Made by a program: the position numbers and the translations under genes | Part shown: piece by piece, positions 12,297 through 24,611 of the stretch | Numbering within the stretch: position 1 is the first letter of the stretch | Layout of the letters: each line of letters opens with the position of its first letter | Assembly: GCF_964204645.1 (NCBI RefSeq) | Contig: NC_134030.1 | Span: 11,925,947 to 11,989,946, forward strand | Direction: 5' to 3' | DNA length: 64,000 nucleotides | Source: Tubulanus polymorphus | Taxonomy: Eukaryota > Animalia > Nemertea | Notes under the pieces: generated by a model | What the model saw: only the letters and a program-made list of their open reading frames with translations | Told to the model about the DNA's origin: nothing | Database searches by the model: none

Positions 12297-13586
12297 CTAA
12301 CCGATCATGACCGCAGTGCAAAGTTGCTGCAATACGGGAACTGATTTCGTTTCCTCGCGAAACTGATTCAAGCGCTCTGGCGTAACTGGAAGATATTTCT
12401 CGACGCTACAGACTTCCAGTTCTTGACAGTCTGCCGTTTCATCTAAACATGCATGACTGAGCGCATCTGCCACATACATAAGTTTACCCGGTTTGTAAAC
12501 AATGTTGAATTGATATTTACGCATTGCCATGCACATTCCTTGTAATCGCGGTGTAACCTTATCTAACAACTTCGTACAGATCGACACTAACGGCTTATGA
12601 TCCGTCTCGATTGTAATCTCGCGACCATAAATATAGTCGTGGAATTTCTGTGTTCCAACGACGACCGCTAGGAGTTCCCGTTCTATTTGCGCGTACCGAC
12701 GTTGTGTATCATTTAAACTGCGTGACGCGTACGTGACAGGTTTCCCTTCTTGTAATAAAACAGCTCCTAGTCCCGTTGAACTTGCATCCACATCACCCAC
12801 TATACACTTCACGTCTGCTATGTTCTCATAAATCTGATTCATTTTCTTGCAGAAAACTTCAGGCGCCGATTTTATCCCGAACGGTAATCGCAGATATCGG
12901 TATCTACCTAAGGGAGTATTAAAAGTTGTCAGTCTCGAACTATCCTCGTCAAGGACGACCTGCCTGAAACCAGATGTAGCATCGAATCTGGAGAAGTACT
13001 GCGCATTAGCACATTTATTCGCTATGTCCTTAATAGTGACCATAGGATAGTGTTCGCGACGAATCCCTCTATTCAAATTGAGCGGATCGATACAAATTCG
13101 TAGATTACCATTTGGTTTGGTTATGATCACACAACTACTGACCCAGTCTGTAGGTTCATCAACTTTCGTGATCACCACTAGTCCCTCCATGCGATCAAGT
13201 TCAGCTTTGAACTTTGCTTGCATTGCTAATGGTACCTTTCTCGGCGGCTCCACTACTGGAGGTACAGTAGGATCTAGTTCTATATGATGTTCACCAAGAA
13301 GACGTCCTAGTCCCTGGAAAACATCGCTGAATTCAGCCAGTATCTTGTCCCTTGTCTTTGGCGTTGAAGTGTCTACCATCATCACTCTAGTAACTAGGTT
13401 TAAATCAGTACAGGCACGATGTCCCAACACCGGGCTTACATTGTCACTTACAATGTAGAAATCGAGTTCCTTTTTACAGTTCTTATACTGACATGGTAAT
13501 TTTCGAAAGGTCACTAGTTTAGTAGCTGTATTCGTGATGACAGTTGTTGCTGATTTCAGCTGATTCCCTTTCTCGCGGAAGCACAT
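12297..13586 (-). pseudogene. pol: Gypsy RT-RNase H with the YxDD region deleted
   Basis: The ORF jumps from VKCIVG directly to DVDASSTGLGAVLLQ. Confidence 0.88.
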
Positions 13587-16069
13587 TGGCCTGTGCCCCT
13601 GTATCTAATTTAACAGTTACCGGTTTACCGTTGATGCACACATTCTCAATCGAGTCATCTGACCGACTTAGACTACTGATGGACAGACAGCCTATGAATA
13701 AATCATCCTCAATGTCGACAGTGTCAAATGTTTACTAGGTTTCATTTTTCCTCTCGATTTTGAGCGACAACACTTAGAAAAGTGATTTAGTCCTTTACAG
13801 TTAAAACATGTCTTTCCATAGGCCGGACATTTACCATAATCGTGTTTACTGTTACAGTTCCTGCAGGATGCAGATGGAACTATGATTGACGATTTAAATT
13901 TCTGTTGCCTATTCTGTTGCTGTTTGTACTGAACATCGCCCGGGTCCTAGCCTGGTCCTTATAGCGTGAACTGCTTCCATGCCGCTTGCAGAACTCCAGA
14001 GCTGTACATCAGTGAATTCTTGAGCCCTACATAAATCAATCGCTTTCCTCAGTGATAGGTTTTGATTCTCGTAGTAATCGAGCTCGTAATGCTTCACTTT
14101 GAATGCCACACACTATACGATCTCGTATGAAACTATCTGTAAGCGTTCCATGATAATCACCTTAATTTCCAGTAAGGCCTCTTACACGCATTGTAAAAGA
14201 CTAATTCCTAAACACACATTCCACGCACACGCGCAACCGAGCTCGGTATCCCTTCGCTGTCCGATCAATTTTTTCTAACCCCAAAAAGCCCAAGTCCACA
14301 TATCTAATATTCCGAACTCACAGTGTTTTGCTTTACTCCTTAGATCGGTTACATATGTGACTGGTGCTGGCAAAATCAGTCACTTGGGTCAAATGATCAA
14401 ATTTGAGATTAACACATTTCCTGAAAGCCACTGCATAAACTTAAATCTAGAAAAAGAAATTATATTGATATCTCAAAAATTGATCAAGTTATGCCATTTT
14501 AAAGATCTATGGACGGCTGAAGTAGTTTCTGAGAAATCGTGGGTTAAAGTTGGGGGTACTTAGTTCAACAATGCACAATAGCAACCATTGTACTAAGGTT
14601 GAGATAATGTCTTTAAATTCTCACCACAGCTTGGTGGGTCCATGTACAATATATTTCTCGTAATAACCAAGATTCAATTGGATGAACTAATTACCAGGCC
14701 TTGCTGGGAAAAAACAACAGGGGAGTGCTTAATCACTCCCCTAAAAATGAAAATTTTGTCCAAGGCGAGTGGTTTTTATATTTATCGTAATATCCTATAT
14801 AAAAAAAACATAAGCCATTTAATTAGAATGAAATTCCATCTTTTCATAAATGCTCTTAAACAAATTTCCATTACTACACAATTCTTTTGAGTATCCATCA
14901 TCATCATGTACTACATTCTAGAAGATTCGAGGAGCAGCTTTACCGAGTTTAGAATAAATAGCGATACGAGTAGTACTATACAGAGGCGTTTTAATTTAAG
15001 CAACTCGCTTACGTCGCCGTCAAATCTTCCATTTATTTAACCAACTCGGCGCATTTATTTAGACGAGTATCCAACGCGAGTACCATACACAGCCAACTCG
15101 TCCTTCAGGCAAGTTGGTGCGCGTTTCAAAATGGCGGCATCGTCATGTTCGCGGTAAGTATTTTTGAAATATCAACTTATCGCAAAGTATCTTCACTGAG
15201 GGAAAGAATTCAGGAAGTTTGGTATGAACAAGTGATATTCCAGATGCCTTATGTTATATGCTACGCACTGTCGGCGAAATGGATGTTTTGAGTATTGACA
15301 GGACAGACTGAGTGGAATTTCAAATTCAATCGCGTGTATTTCTCTGTCACTGTGTGTGCTTAAAACCAGTCCAGCGCCCGGTGCTAACGGCGTAAAGCTT
15401 TCGTCCTCATTGAAAATGTACGTGGTTACCAAAAGCCATTAAACCAAAAGTTATTTTAACTTTATTCATATTACAGAACTCAGCAGTGCCAGAACTTGCA
15501 GAAGAGTACGGGGCTTCACACTACAACTTACTTACAAGTGCTGGGAAAGGTTTATAGAAAGTGCAGGTTTTTGTTTTGTTTTTCTGCTAGTGCAAGTACC
15601 GGTAGGTATGTAAAACAGCTAACGCTTGATATGGATGACAGGTAAATGGCAACATTCAATGTTGATAGTCAGACATATGATGCTGTAGTACTACATAAAG
15701 GTAGGCATAGGTCTAAGTTCAAACATTCATTAGGCCTATTATGTTCTTTAAATATGAAGAACCTATTTAACAATGTACTGGTACCAATTCACAGTATGTA
15801 TTTCAATTGGGTTTCAGATGAAGGAGTAATCACCTAACTCCGGAATGCGTACAAGGAGATTAATGGGCGCGTTACTGATGATACTTCAAGTAGGCTCGAA
15901 CAACGAAGTTAACTTAAAACTCCTAGAAATATTGAAGAATTCTATATGTACATTTATTGGTGTTCCAGGTATATCAGGTATAACAACAGCTGATAACACA
16001 GACAATGGAGGTAGGCCTATAGCAAATCCAACTACAGCTGAAAACACAGACAATGGAACCAGCAGTCGC

Positions 16070-16788
16070 AACATCAACTTCATTACTATGGCACTTTTCA
16101 ACGATCTGGTCTCTGATCATCTCAGACTCTTTGTTGCCATAGTCACAAGATCGGACAAGGTCTCTGAGTGCGGTAGCATACTGGTCGATAGTTTCACTTT
16201 CATTCTGTGCTCGTTGGCGAAATTTATAACGTTCAGCTATAGTGTTCTTCTTTGGTTCGAAGTAGGCCTTCAATGCAGCCTTCCTTCGCTTCTGCAAACG
16301 AAGTCTTTGATCCAGGGAGTGCAGCAAACACCCTCTGAACAGATGCTCCCAGACAATGGAGCAAAGTAGCTCTGCGTATCTTGTCCTCCTTCTGGTCCAC
16401 GCCAGAGGCTACCTCGAAAAATTCGAATGAGGCCAGCCATGAACCCCATTCGGCTGCCAGGTCTGTGGCGTTCAACGGGGCCGGAGCCCGAAGATTTTTG
16501 GCCATTTTAATTTTCACGGGCGGGTTGAATGTTCAACAATCGTACCTGTTTCGACGATCAAATTCGACCTCCAACGAACGAAGAATACAAAAATACACCG
16601 CTCTATATCAACATTAGTGTTCCAAATTTATCCTCGTCGCCATATGTAGCATCGTCCAGCCAAGATGTTTCCGATATAATAAGATTAAGATTGATATAAA
16701 GATAACGGTAGTAGTTTATTCATGGTTTCCGTTACAACGCTTTTTAGCCTGCGCCAGGTGGCAGCATCATACAATGTACTATCCTACA
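16070..16788 (-). mobile_element. Second Gypsy (Mag-like) remnant: 5' LTR, PBS and frameshifted gag
   Basis: LTR 16645-16788 TGTAG...CTACA; PBS TGGCGACGAGGAT (16630-16642, tRNA-Ser type); gag EWGSWLASFEFF...RRATLLHCLG and ERYKFRQRAQ...MIRDQIV. Confidence 0.85.
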
Positions 16789-16877
16789 ATTCTAAACAGT
16801 TCAGAGTAAAAACAAATTATGTAACTAAGTGAAGTGGACTGAAGAGGGTGGCGATAACAGAGTGACACATAGTGACA

Positions 16878-17363
16878 TCAACCCAAATCTAATGAAGAGT
16901 TGATGTGCCTGGATAATAATTGGTTATGTGGAGAAAAACCAGTATTTAAATTAGTAGATAAATTGGATTTCGAAAGTTTACATATAAGGGATGATTCCAC
17001 TATGTGTCTCTTATGAATATCTTTACAAGGATAAATAAGTTTCGAATTCTGAAAGTCAAATTGGTGATTGGTTGTAAAGACATGATTCGCTATTCCACTC
17101 TCAGGCTTTTGGTTGCGGATATCTATTTTGTGTTCTTTAATACGCTGACCGAGATAACGTCCCGTTTCGCCGATGTACATCATATTACAGTCTTTACATG
17201 GTATCTTATAGATCCCGGACTCAATTAGCTCACTGTTGGGTTTATTTTTGGTTAAAACATTAGTGAGTTTGTTATTATACTGAAAGACTAATCTAGTGTC
17301 GATGGTGCTTAATGTGGATTTAAAGCGTTCCAAAGTAGGTAAATACGGGATTATAATATTCAA
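16878..17363 (-). pseudogene. GIY-YIG endonuclease domain of a Penelope-like element
   Basis: GIYKIPCKDCNMMYIGETGRYLGQRIKEH...IANH...VES...N. Confidence 0.92.
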
Positions 17364-18643
17364 ACTAAAAATTCAGTACAATGAATTTTTCCAGCGCCGG
17401 TTTAGATCTGCCCTTAGTGAACTTTGGAGAATTAAAACAATCCGCATCTCTTAATCAGACAAAGGAGGAAAAATTGTACTCATGGACATTGATTCGTATA
17501 AATCTAAAATGCAAGATCTACTTAACAATCCGAATGTTTACAAAAAACTCAAATCGAACCCGTTAAAAACAATGCAAAATAAATTTAACAAAGGACTGTC
17601 GGACATTATTGCGAATTTTAAAGATGACAATGTTTCGAAAACGCTGGATAAATTTAAATCTCGGTTACCGTCGCTCCCTTATCTCTATGGACTTCCGAAA
17701 ATTCATAAGAAGGATATTCCGCTCCGACCGATCATCTCCAATTGTGATTCACCATCCTATAGACTATCTAAATATTTGGCTAAAACTCTTTCACCGGTTC
17801 TTGGCTCATTTTCGAATGCCCATTTACGCCATAACCAGGACTTATTGGAATGTTTAAAAAATGTTATTCCTGGGCATGATAAATTTATATCTTTTGATGT
17901 TGCTAGCTTATTCACTAATGTTCCTTTAGAACGTACTTTCTTAGGAGAAAGTTACCTACTTTTTCATTTTGATATACCGGTTGATTGTCTTTTGGACTTA
18001 ATTGAACTTTGTAAAAAAAAACTTATATTTTCAATTTGGTTCTAACTTTTTTGAACAGATTTTTGGTATGGCTATGGGGAATCCACTTTCCCCTGTTCTT
18101 GCTGGTTTATTTTTGGAACATGTCGAAAGTGAAATTCTTCCTCTTTACACTGAAAGTAGACCCAAAATTTGGCGACGTTACGTTGATGATATTCTTTGTT
18201 TAGTTTCCCCCGATTTTACATTATTACATTACATTATTTACATTATTTGAACTCTTTATATCCTACTTTGAATTTCACTTTTGAGTGGGAAGAAAATAAT
18301 TGCATCCCGTTTCTCGATGTACTCATTCATAATTTCAAAACAAATTTGAAATTCTCTGTATATAGAAAACCGACTAACGCTGAAGCTTATCTTCATTTTT
18401 TCTCATTTACTACTTTGAACATCAAAATTGGAATAGCCCAAGGATTATTTCTTCGAGCTCTACGTTTTTGTGATCAAATGTTTTTAGATAAAGAAATCAA
18501 ACATATAAGAACTGCTCTCAAGAAACTAGCCTATCCAGACAAAATTTTGAACAAAGCTTATTTCTAAGCCCGAATTTCTCACTTTGGACATAACGACCTG
18601 ACCACAAAACGCAGAGCTCAAAAGAATATTATAATGCCGTATT
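17364..18643 (+). pseudogene. Penelope-like reverse transcriptase (frameshifted), inverted relative to its endonuclease
   Basis: YGLPKIHK..IPLRPIIS, SFDVASLFTNVP, GMAMGNPLSPVLA, RYVDD, PFLDV, VYRKPT. Confidence 0.92.
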
Positions 18644-19156
18644 ATGAGCATATGATTGGTTGATTTTACTTATTTTGGGTGATCACATGTTCATTATTTA
18701 ATTAGGTGGGATCTTTTTGGCGAACCGTAGGTTTGCCCATGCAAACGATCTGGTGAAGCAGTTTTCATTGAAAATGAATAGAGTACCGGTGTGTCAACAA
18801 GGTACAAACATTGGCTGTTGAACCAATAGTGTTGATTTTTGGTGTCATGGTTTGGCTTAATGAGTTCTTGAGCCAACAGAAATTTTATAGTGATCGAGTT
18901 ATTTTTAGGGGACTTATTCTTGAAAAACACGTAAAAACCCTGCTTTTTAGCACTAAGTAATGGCACGTTTTTACATATGACAATTTGCATACATGGAATT
19001 GAAATATATAAAAAATTCAATCCTTCCTGGAAGTGTTGCCATTGTTAGTGTGACTCATCTCGATGTACTTTTCGACCTACAGGCCCTCACTTTATAAACC
19101 CCCTAAATTTTCTCGCTTCTATTTACCTGAGTTGACCTTGTTACCTGAGCTACAAT

Positions 19157-19612
19157 GAATGTGATTGGCTGTTTGTGGGATATACGGGAAATTCCAGGAA
19201 TTTTGGCGCTTCTTTTGTAATTGGGAAAGCCCCATGTGGAACTCGCTAAAGCAAAATGGCGAGCATTTCATTCGACTAGGTATCGTATGTTGGCTTATAA
19301 TTTGTTCGGTGTTACGAATATAGCCGAGTAGGCTATTCAATTCAGTATCTAACCTAACAAATATGATGATACCAATGGAGTTTTGGCTTAGATTTGCCTT
19401 AAAGACCTGCTTACCCGTACGGTTTAACCGCAGCCGTCGGTCGGCTATTTTTATGAACCGCGTTATTGCTCTACTCTATTCATTTTTAGTACGTTCTTAG
19501 GTAGAATTGTGAGCAATGATGCATTAATAGACTAAATAGCCAGTAGACAATAGTGGGCAGTGGAATGCTCTCAGCTTTTCATCTAATCATCAGTCAGTTT
19601 TTCAACTCTGAT
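19157..19612 (+). repeat. Interspersed repeat, probably a DNA-transposon end; copies at 54318-54680 and (5' part) 41251-41360
   Basis: Shared CGAGCATYTCATTCRACTAGGTATCGTATG...GTGGGCAGTGGAATGCTCTCAGCTTTTCAT, and GAATGTGATTGGCTGTTT. Confidence 0.75.
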
Positions 19613-20343
19613 TTAAAGGTGGGTGCTAGTCAACACACATACACCTTTTACATGTATATCGCTATCGTACTACGGAAATCCGTGCAAAGTGATCATTAGT
19701 CATGTACAGCATAGTTATGACACGCGTGCTGTTAAAAAAGCTGTATATGGTCTACTACACCTTGTAATATATCATATTAAAGGTATTTTGAAGGGGAAGC
19801 CTCCTTTGTAAAAAAACTAACATATATTAGGCCTCACAAAAATTGAGAGCCATTTATTATGATTTATGGATCTTTTGTTGGTGCGAGGCCAGATGTCGAA
19901 AAATTATCAATTCATTCTTTTGCCATGAACGTTTTTTCAGTAATGGCTAATGCTGACCCTTGCTTCAAAGGTTTACTTACCAATTGTCTCAATTGCCTCC
20001 CTATACTTTTACATTATCATTAACCATGTTAACCTATAAATCCACAGTACCTAGGTCTTAACCCACTAAACACGAGGTAATTTCACACGTTTTTGAGAAG
20101 AGTGAGGACGTACAGCTTTTGATGACAAGTTTCATTGTTTTGACGAATAATGAGGTAAAGGTACGAAAAGAATCATGTTATACTTACCATTTCATAACTC
20201 AACCTATAAGTGATAATCCAGATAATATAAGTAATATTAACATGGTAAATTGTTTAATGCACAGTTCAGTTCCAATTCAATGATGAGTTTCCGTAACGAA
20301 AAACAGTTATTATGTACACATATACGAGTTAATTGATTATTGT

Positions 20344-21486
20344 TCAATGCATATTTCCTTCTTTGATTTCATTTTGAATGTTTTCCACGTATAAATCATT
20401 GTCATTATCATACAGGATGTTGAACCACTGTGGATAACCGGGCACAGATGAAATTATAGTTGCCAAATAATCTTCTACGTGGCCATCGTCATTTGGTAAG
20501 TCTTTAATCTTTTACTAACATTGTGTGCCGGATGCGTTTGCCGATCATGTTATTATTTGGTGAGGGAGTATCGATTTCGATTTCATATGCATTGGTAATC
20601 AGCTTCTTCACATGAGCTGACAAACTCTTCAATGGACAGGTTTCGTCTTGTTATCGTGAGTCTTCACCGAAAAACAGTTTAAGGTGGCATCCGATACTTC
20701 TTGTTTGAGAACCTGTTGACGAAATCGAATCTGAGCTATTAGTGCCATTTCACGATCTCCCTATGTTTTCAGCACCTTCGTTATCATATTCTGCACCTGC
20801 TCAACACTTTGCCATAAACCATAGAAGAGGATGTCTCTGGTAATTAATTCTTTTTCTTTCGGTTGTTTTTCTTGCTTTCTTTTTTCATCTCTGAATTGTC
20901 GCTCCTAGTTCTCTCTACACTGTTTAATTATTTCTTCTCGTCTTTGCTGGTATTTAATTTTGATTTTCTTGTTGTTCTTAATTGCAGATCTTTTGAATTT
21001 GTGTTGTTCCTGTGTTGTTTTGCTGTTCAGCCATTCTGTAGTGTTATTGAGTGAAAACATGATATATGCCTCCATGCTGATGTGTTTCATATTGGGCTTA
21101 TAACATAGCAAGTTATCTATGTATGCAAATACCCTTTCGGCAAAGTAGTTGTGTTTTGCACCGATTTGGTGACGTTAAAGTCTCACTGGAGTTGTTGTAG
21201 TAAATTCCACCCTCTAAAAACTGCATATGATGCTTGCTGAGGAGTTTCGAGATAGCAGGTAAAGTAACTGTGAGAATAACCTCACATTCGGTATAGTAGG
21301 GTGAGGGCTGGATAAGATAATCATAAATGGCGTCCGCTTTAAGTTTTTCATCATCGAAGGGTATCATTTTCCGGTCATGAATTCTGCTGTGCTGGTACTT
21401 GCTCTTTGTAGAAATTGAATTAATTCAGTGATGTATTTTGTAAGTTCTAATATATGGATCTGTCGGTCTTCGATTACCCTCCAAAG
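20344..21486 (-). pseudogene. C-terminal half of hAT-like transposase B with a terminal Spindlin (Spin/Ssty) Tudor-like domain
   Basis: LWRVIEDRQIHILEL (paralogous to copy C); KPNMKHISMEAYIMFSLNNTTEWL; terminal MIGKRIRH...ISSVPGYPQWFNILYDNDNDLY...IKEGNM. Several frameshifts. Confidence 0.6.
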
Positions 21487-21487
21487 G

Positions 21488-22215
21488 GTCATAATGATAT
21501 GAATGATCTCATACCATTGCCCTTTTCCCATCCACCTTTCTACTATCCAATCCAACTGACTGATCGTACTAGAGAAATGCAATGTCCAGCTGATTTATCC
21601 AAACTGATAGGTACTACTGATAGTAGCGTTATTTCACAAACATCGAATATCCACTTGGAAAAACGGAACGCACACAAGTTTGAATATCCGCTTGGAAAAA
21701 TGGAACGCACACAAGTTCGAATATCCACTTGTAAAAATGGAACGCACACAAGTTCGAATATCTACTAGGAAAAATGGAACGCAAACAAGTTCGAATATCC
21801 ACTTGGAAAAACGGAACGCACACAAGCTCGAATAGCCACTTGGAAAAACGGAATGCACGCAAGTTTGAATATCCACTTGGAAAAATGCAAATATCCAGAA
21901 ATGCTCAAACACGTATTAATTTGCTGATTTATCCAAACAGGTATGTGATAGTAGACTGACAGGGATGGATTAACCTGTCATAATGATATGAATGATCTCA
22001 TATCATTGCCCTTTTCCCATCCACCTTTCTACTATCCAATCCAACTGACTGATCTTACTAGAGAAATGCAAATGTCCAGCTGATTTATCCAAACGGATAG
22101 GTACAGATAGGTACTACTGATAGTAGACTGGGCGGGATTGATTAACGGGATGGATTCATTATGATATGAATGATTTCATACCATTGCCCTTTTCCCATCC
22201 ACCTTTCTACTATTC
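21488..22215 (+). repeat. Compound tandem repeat: three ~140-180-bp units with a 37-bp minisatellite (~6.5 copies, 21644-21885) inside
   Basis: Units start at ~21488, ~21977 and ~22155; minisatellite unit CGAATATCCACTTGGAAAAACGGAACGCACACAAGTT. Confidence 0.9.
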
Positions 22216-22549
22216 ACCAGATGTAGTACCAACTGAGCTCTGACTCATCAATTACGAATGTAGGATACTTATATTTCCATTTCTAATTTCAGCTGCGATT
22301 TTTTTCCACGTAATTTTCATCAATCATATTTGAGATTGAACCACTCTGGATTACCAGGAACAGAAGAGATGCTTTTTGCGAAGAATTCTGTTAAAACACC
22401 CTGGTCACTTGGATCATCTTCATCTTTACATTCAATACATGCTTGAAACGTTTGCCTATCAGGTAGGATCAAAGTTGTTTTTCTTCATCAGTGGTAGGTG
22501 GATGGGCAGCATTGACCAAAATTCTGACGTTAGACATCAGCTCTTCATT

Positions 22550-23340
22550 TGTTAGCTGACTTCTCTTATTATCAGGAGTCTTAACTGAAAACCTGTAAAC
22601 TGAAATATCTCCAACAGGTTGTTGCAGAATATGCTCTCTGAAACGTAACTGAGCCTTGATATGTGGATATTCTTATCCTCCAGTATTTGCCAGAATGGGC
22701 CGGTTATGAATTTGTTGAGTCCCCACTGCTTTGCATCCAGCGACACTATAAGAATCAACTAAATCAGCCAGGACTGATTTGAGCAGACGATTCGGATTTT
22801 CCAATCTTTCAATATACTCAATCATCAGGTTGCTTCGATAGTATATATATGATCCATTAAAGAAAATTATGTTAAACCGGTTTCCACGGAATGGCCCTAT
22901 TTTAACTTTCGATATACCTCTTTCCTTTGCAAAAATTTTGAAGTGTTCAAAGTGACCATTCTTCTCATCTGCTCCGCGGGCTAAAGCTTTCGCTGCTGTT
23001 CTAATGAAGCAAATAGAACCTGGTTCACCAGACTGTACGATCTGAGGACTTGTCATGGTTTTGTTTTGATCTTTTTTTATTTCCATTATTGCTGCTTGTG
23101 TTGATTCGGCAATTGGACGACACTGTGAAGACCGCAAAAGAAACTAGCCATTGATTCACTTGCTTTATGTTCTGCATCCGACGGCAGATCCCAGTTCGCT
23201 GTTATTTCTGGCAATATGTTTTTTACCTTCATGACATAGTCATGAAGGTTATGAGATGGTAGTAGTGAGTCGATGACGTCATTTTCGTGTCGCCACTTAT
23301 AACTTGTTAGTTGGAGTTCAGAGGAAGATTTGTCAAAAAA
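22550..23340 (-). pseudogene. hAT-like transposase C, core fragment
   Basis: SFFCGLH (CxxH), FIRTAAKAL, FRGNRFNIIFFN, NRLLKSVLADL, NKFITGPFWQILED. Confidence 0.65.
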
Positions 23341-24611
23341 ATGAATTCTTTAATCTTATTAATGCAAAGTGTGAAATTTCGCTTTTTAAATATTTCCAAG
23401 ATGGCGGCCCCCTGTGCCGGTCACTACCTGTAGCCTACTTCAAAGCAAACCTATCGTGTAATAATTAAAAATCATTTCAATCGATAAACTTTGTTTCGTC
23501 AGTAACCGGCACTGACTGGCTTCAAATTTGAAGTACTTGGGAGCTTCTGTCCTGATTGGTCCGTTTTGTTCAGACAAAATGTCCATAATCAATTTTTCGA
23601 AGATTTCATTCTCGTTAAGTCAGTTATCGCTAAAAGTTCACACTGATCAAAACTTAGACATTTTATATATATTTTTTTCTTGTTTAATTTTTAATGAAAT
23701 GATTTTTTGCACACCATGACAGATTACTTCACACCAGTTTGGCGAGCCACTGGACCATTGGTCCTTCATTCATGTTTTCTGTGTATAGTTTTATGGCTGC
23801 ACTGAATCCTGCAGTATCTCATGACGACCTTTAGTGAGTAAGAACACTACATAGATAGGATACCCATTGCGAATTATTGTCATTTAGTAGTGTTGTTCTG
23901 CTATTTGTCTGATGCCGTGACGGTGCTTTTGTGTGTCATTTTACCTCTAATTTTCTCAGGCTTATGAAGATTCCTCTTTCGTACATTTCGTGTATCTTTC
24001 TTAAAACTCCCTTGTTGAAGGGATCAAATTTTTTCCCTTCATGATTCTGTGTGTGGGTGGGGTTTTCAAAAACAATATATCTATTTTTCTATTATTGACA
24101 ATGTCGTGAAGTGATTGTTCTGGTACCCTGCAAAGAGCGCTGGTATGCTTTATCGTTGCTTTAAACGAAACACATGGCCTGCCAATCCTCTTCTCCCTCT
24201 CACACATCCGAAAAACATTCCGTATTATATTTTTTCCGTCCTGAAACGTGTTATTACCATTTTCTTTTTCTTTTACGCACTCTTGTTTTTGTATTTGCCG
24301 CTCTCTGCCCTCTATCAGTGGTTGCTATCAGGATGGTGCGCATGCGCATTTAGCCAGAAATTAGCTCGCCATTGTAGCGCTGCAGCATTATGCGGCCGTA
24401 TGCTGGATAGATATTTGTCGATAGATGACAAAAAAGGCGGATTTGACAAAAAAGTAGTATATTTCAGAATGCAAATCTTATACTGAAGACATTGATGTAT
24501 GGATAAGGTGAATCAGTTCATTACGGATCAAAACGTCACACGGATAGAATGTGTGACAGTAGGTAGTAGGCTCTTTTCTCCTGCTATTTTTTTGGATGTT
24601 AAGGTTGGCCC

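Larger units (their letters stand above)
10620..14105 (-). mobile_element. Degenerate Ty3/Gypsy (Mag-like) retrotransposon: gag remnant, pol, PPT and short 3' LTR
   Basis: CCHC region CPAYGKTCFNCKGLNHF (~13765-13865); protease KLDTGAQAN (~13600); RT LRICIDPLNLN and LPFGI; RNase H DASSTGLG and ETDHKPL; integrase 11573-12181 and C-terminal RRNRRHL; PPT 10722-10733; candidate LTR 10620-10721 TGTA...TACA. Confidence 0.9.

Noticed and set aside
16790-16877. Penelope pseudo-LTR or hammerhead downstream of GIY-YIG
   Set aside because: No CTGATGA...GAAA motif; the tail is cut by the Gypsy LTR.
20278-20305. Hammerhead ribozyme-like core (TGATGAGTT...AACGAAA)
   Set aside because: The invariant C of CUGAUGA is missing and no convincing stems I and III were found; it is also not next to the Penelope element.
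21644-21885. 37-bp repeats resembling a CRISPR array
   Set aside because: Units are head-to-tail with no unique spacers, there are no cas genes, and the context is eukaryotic.
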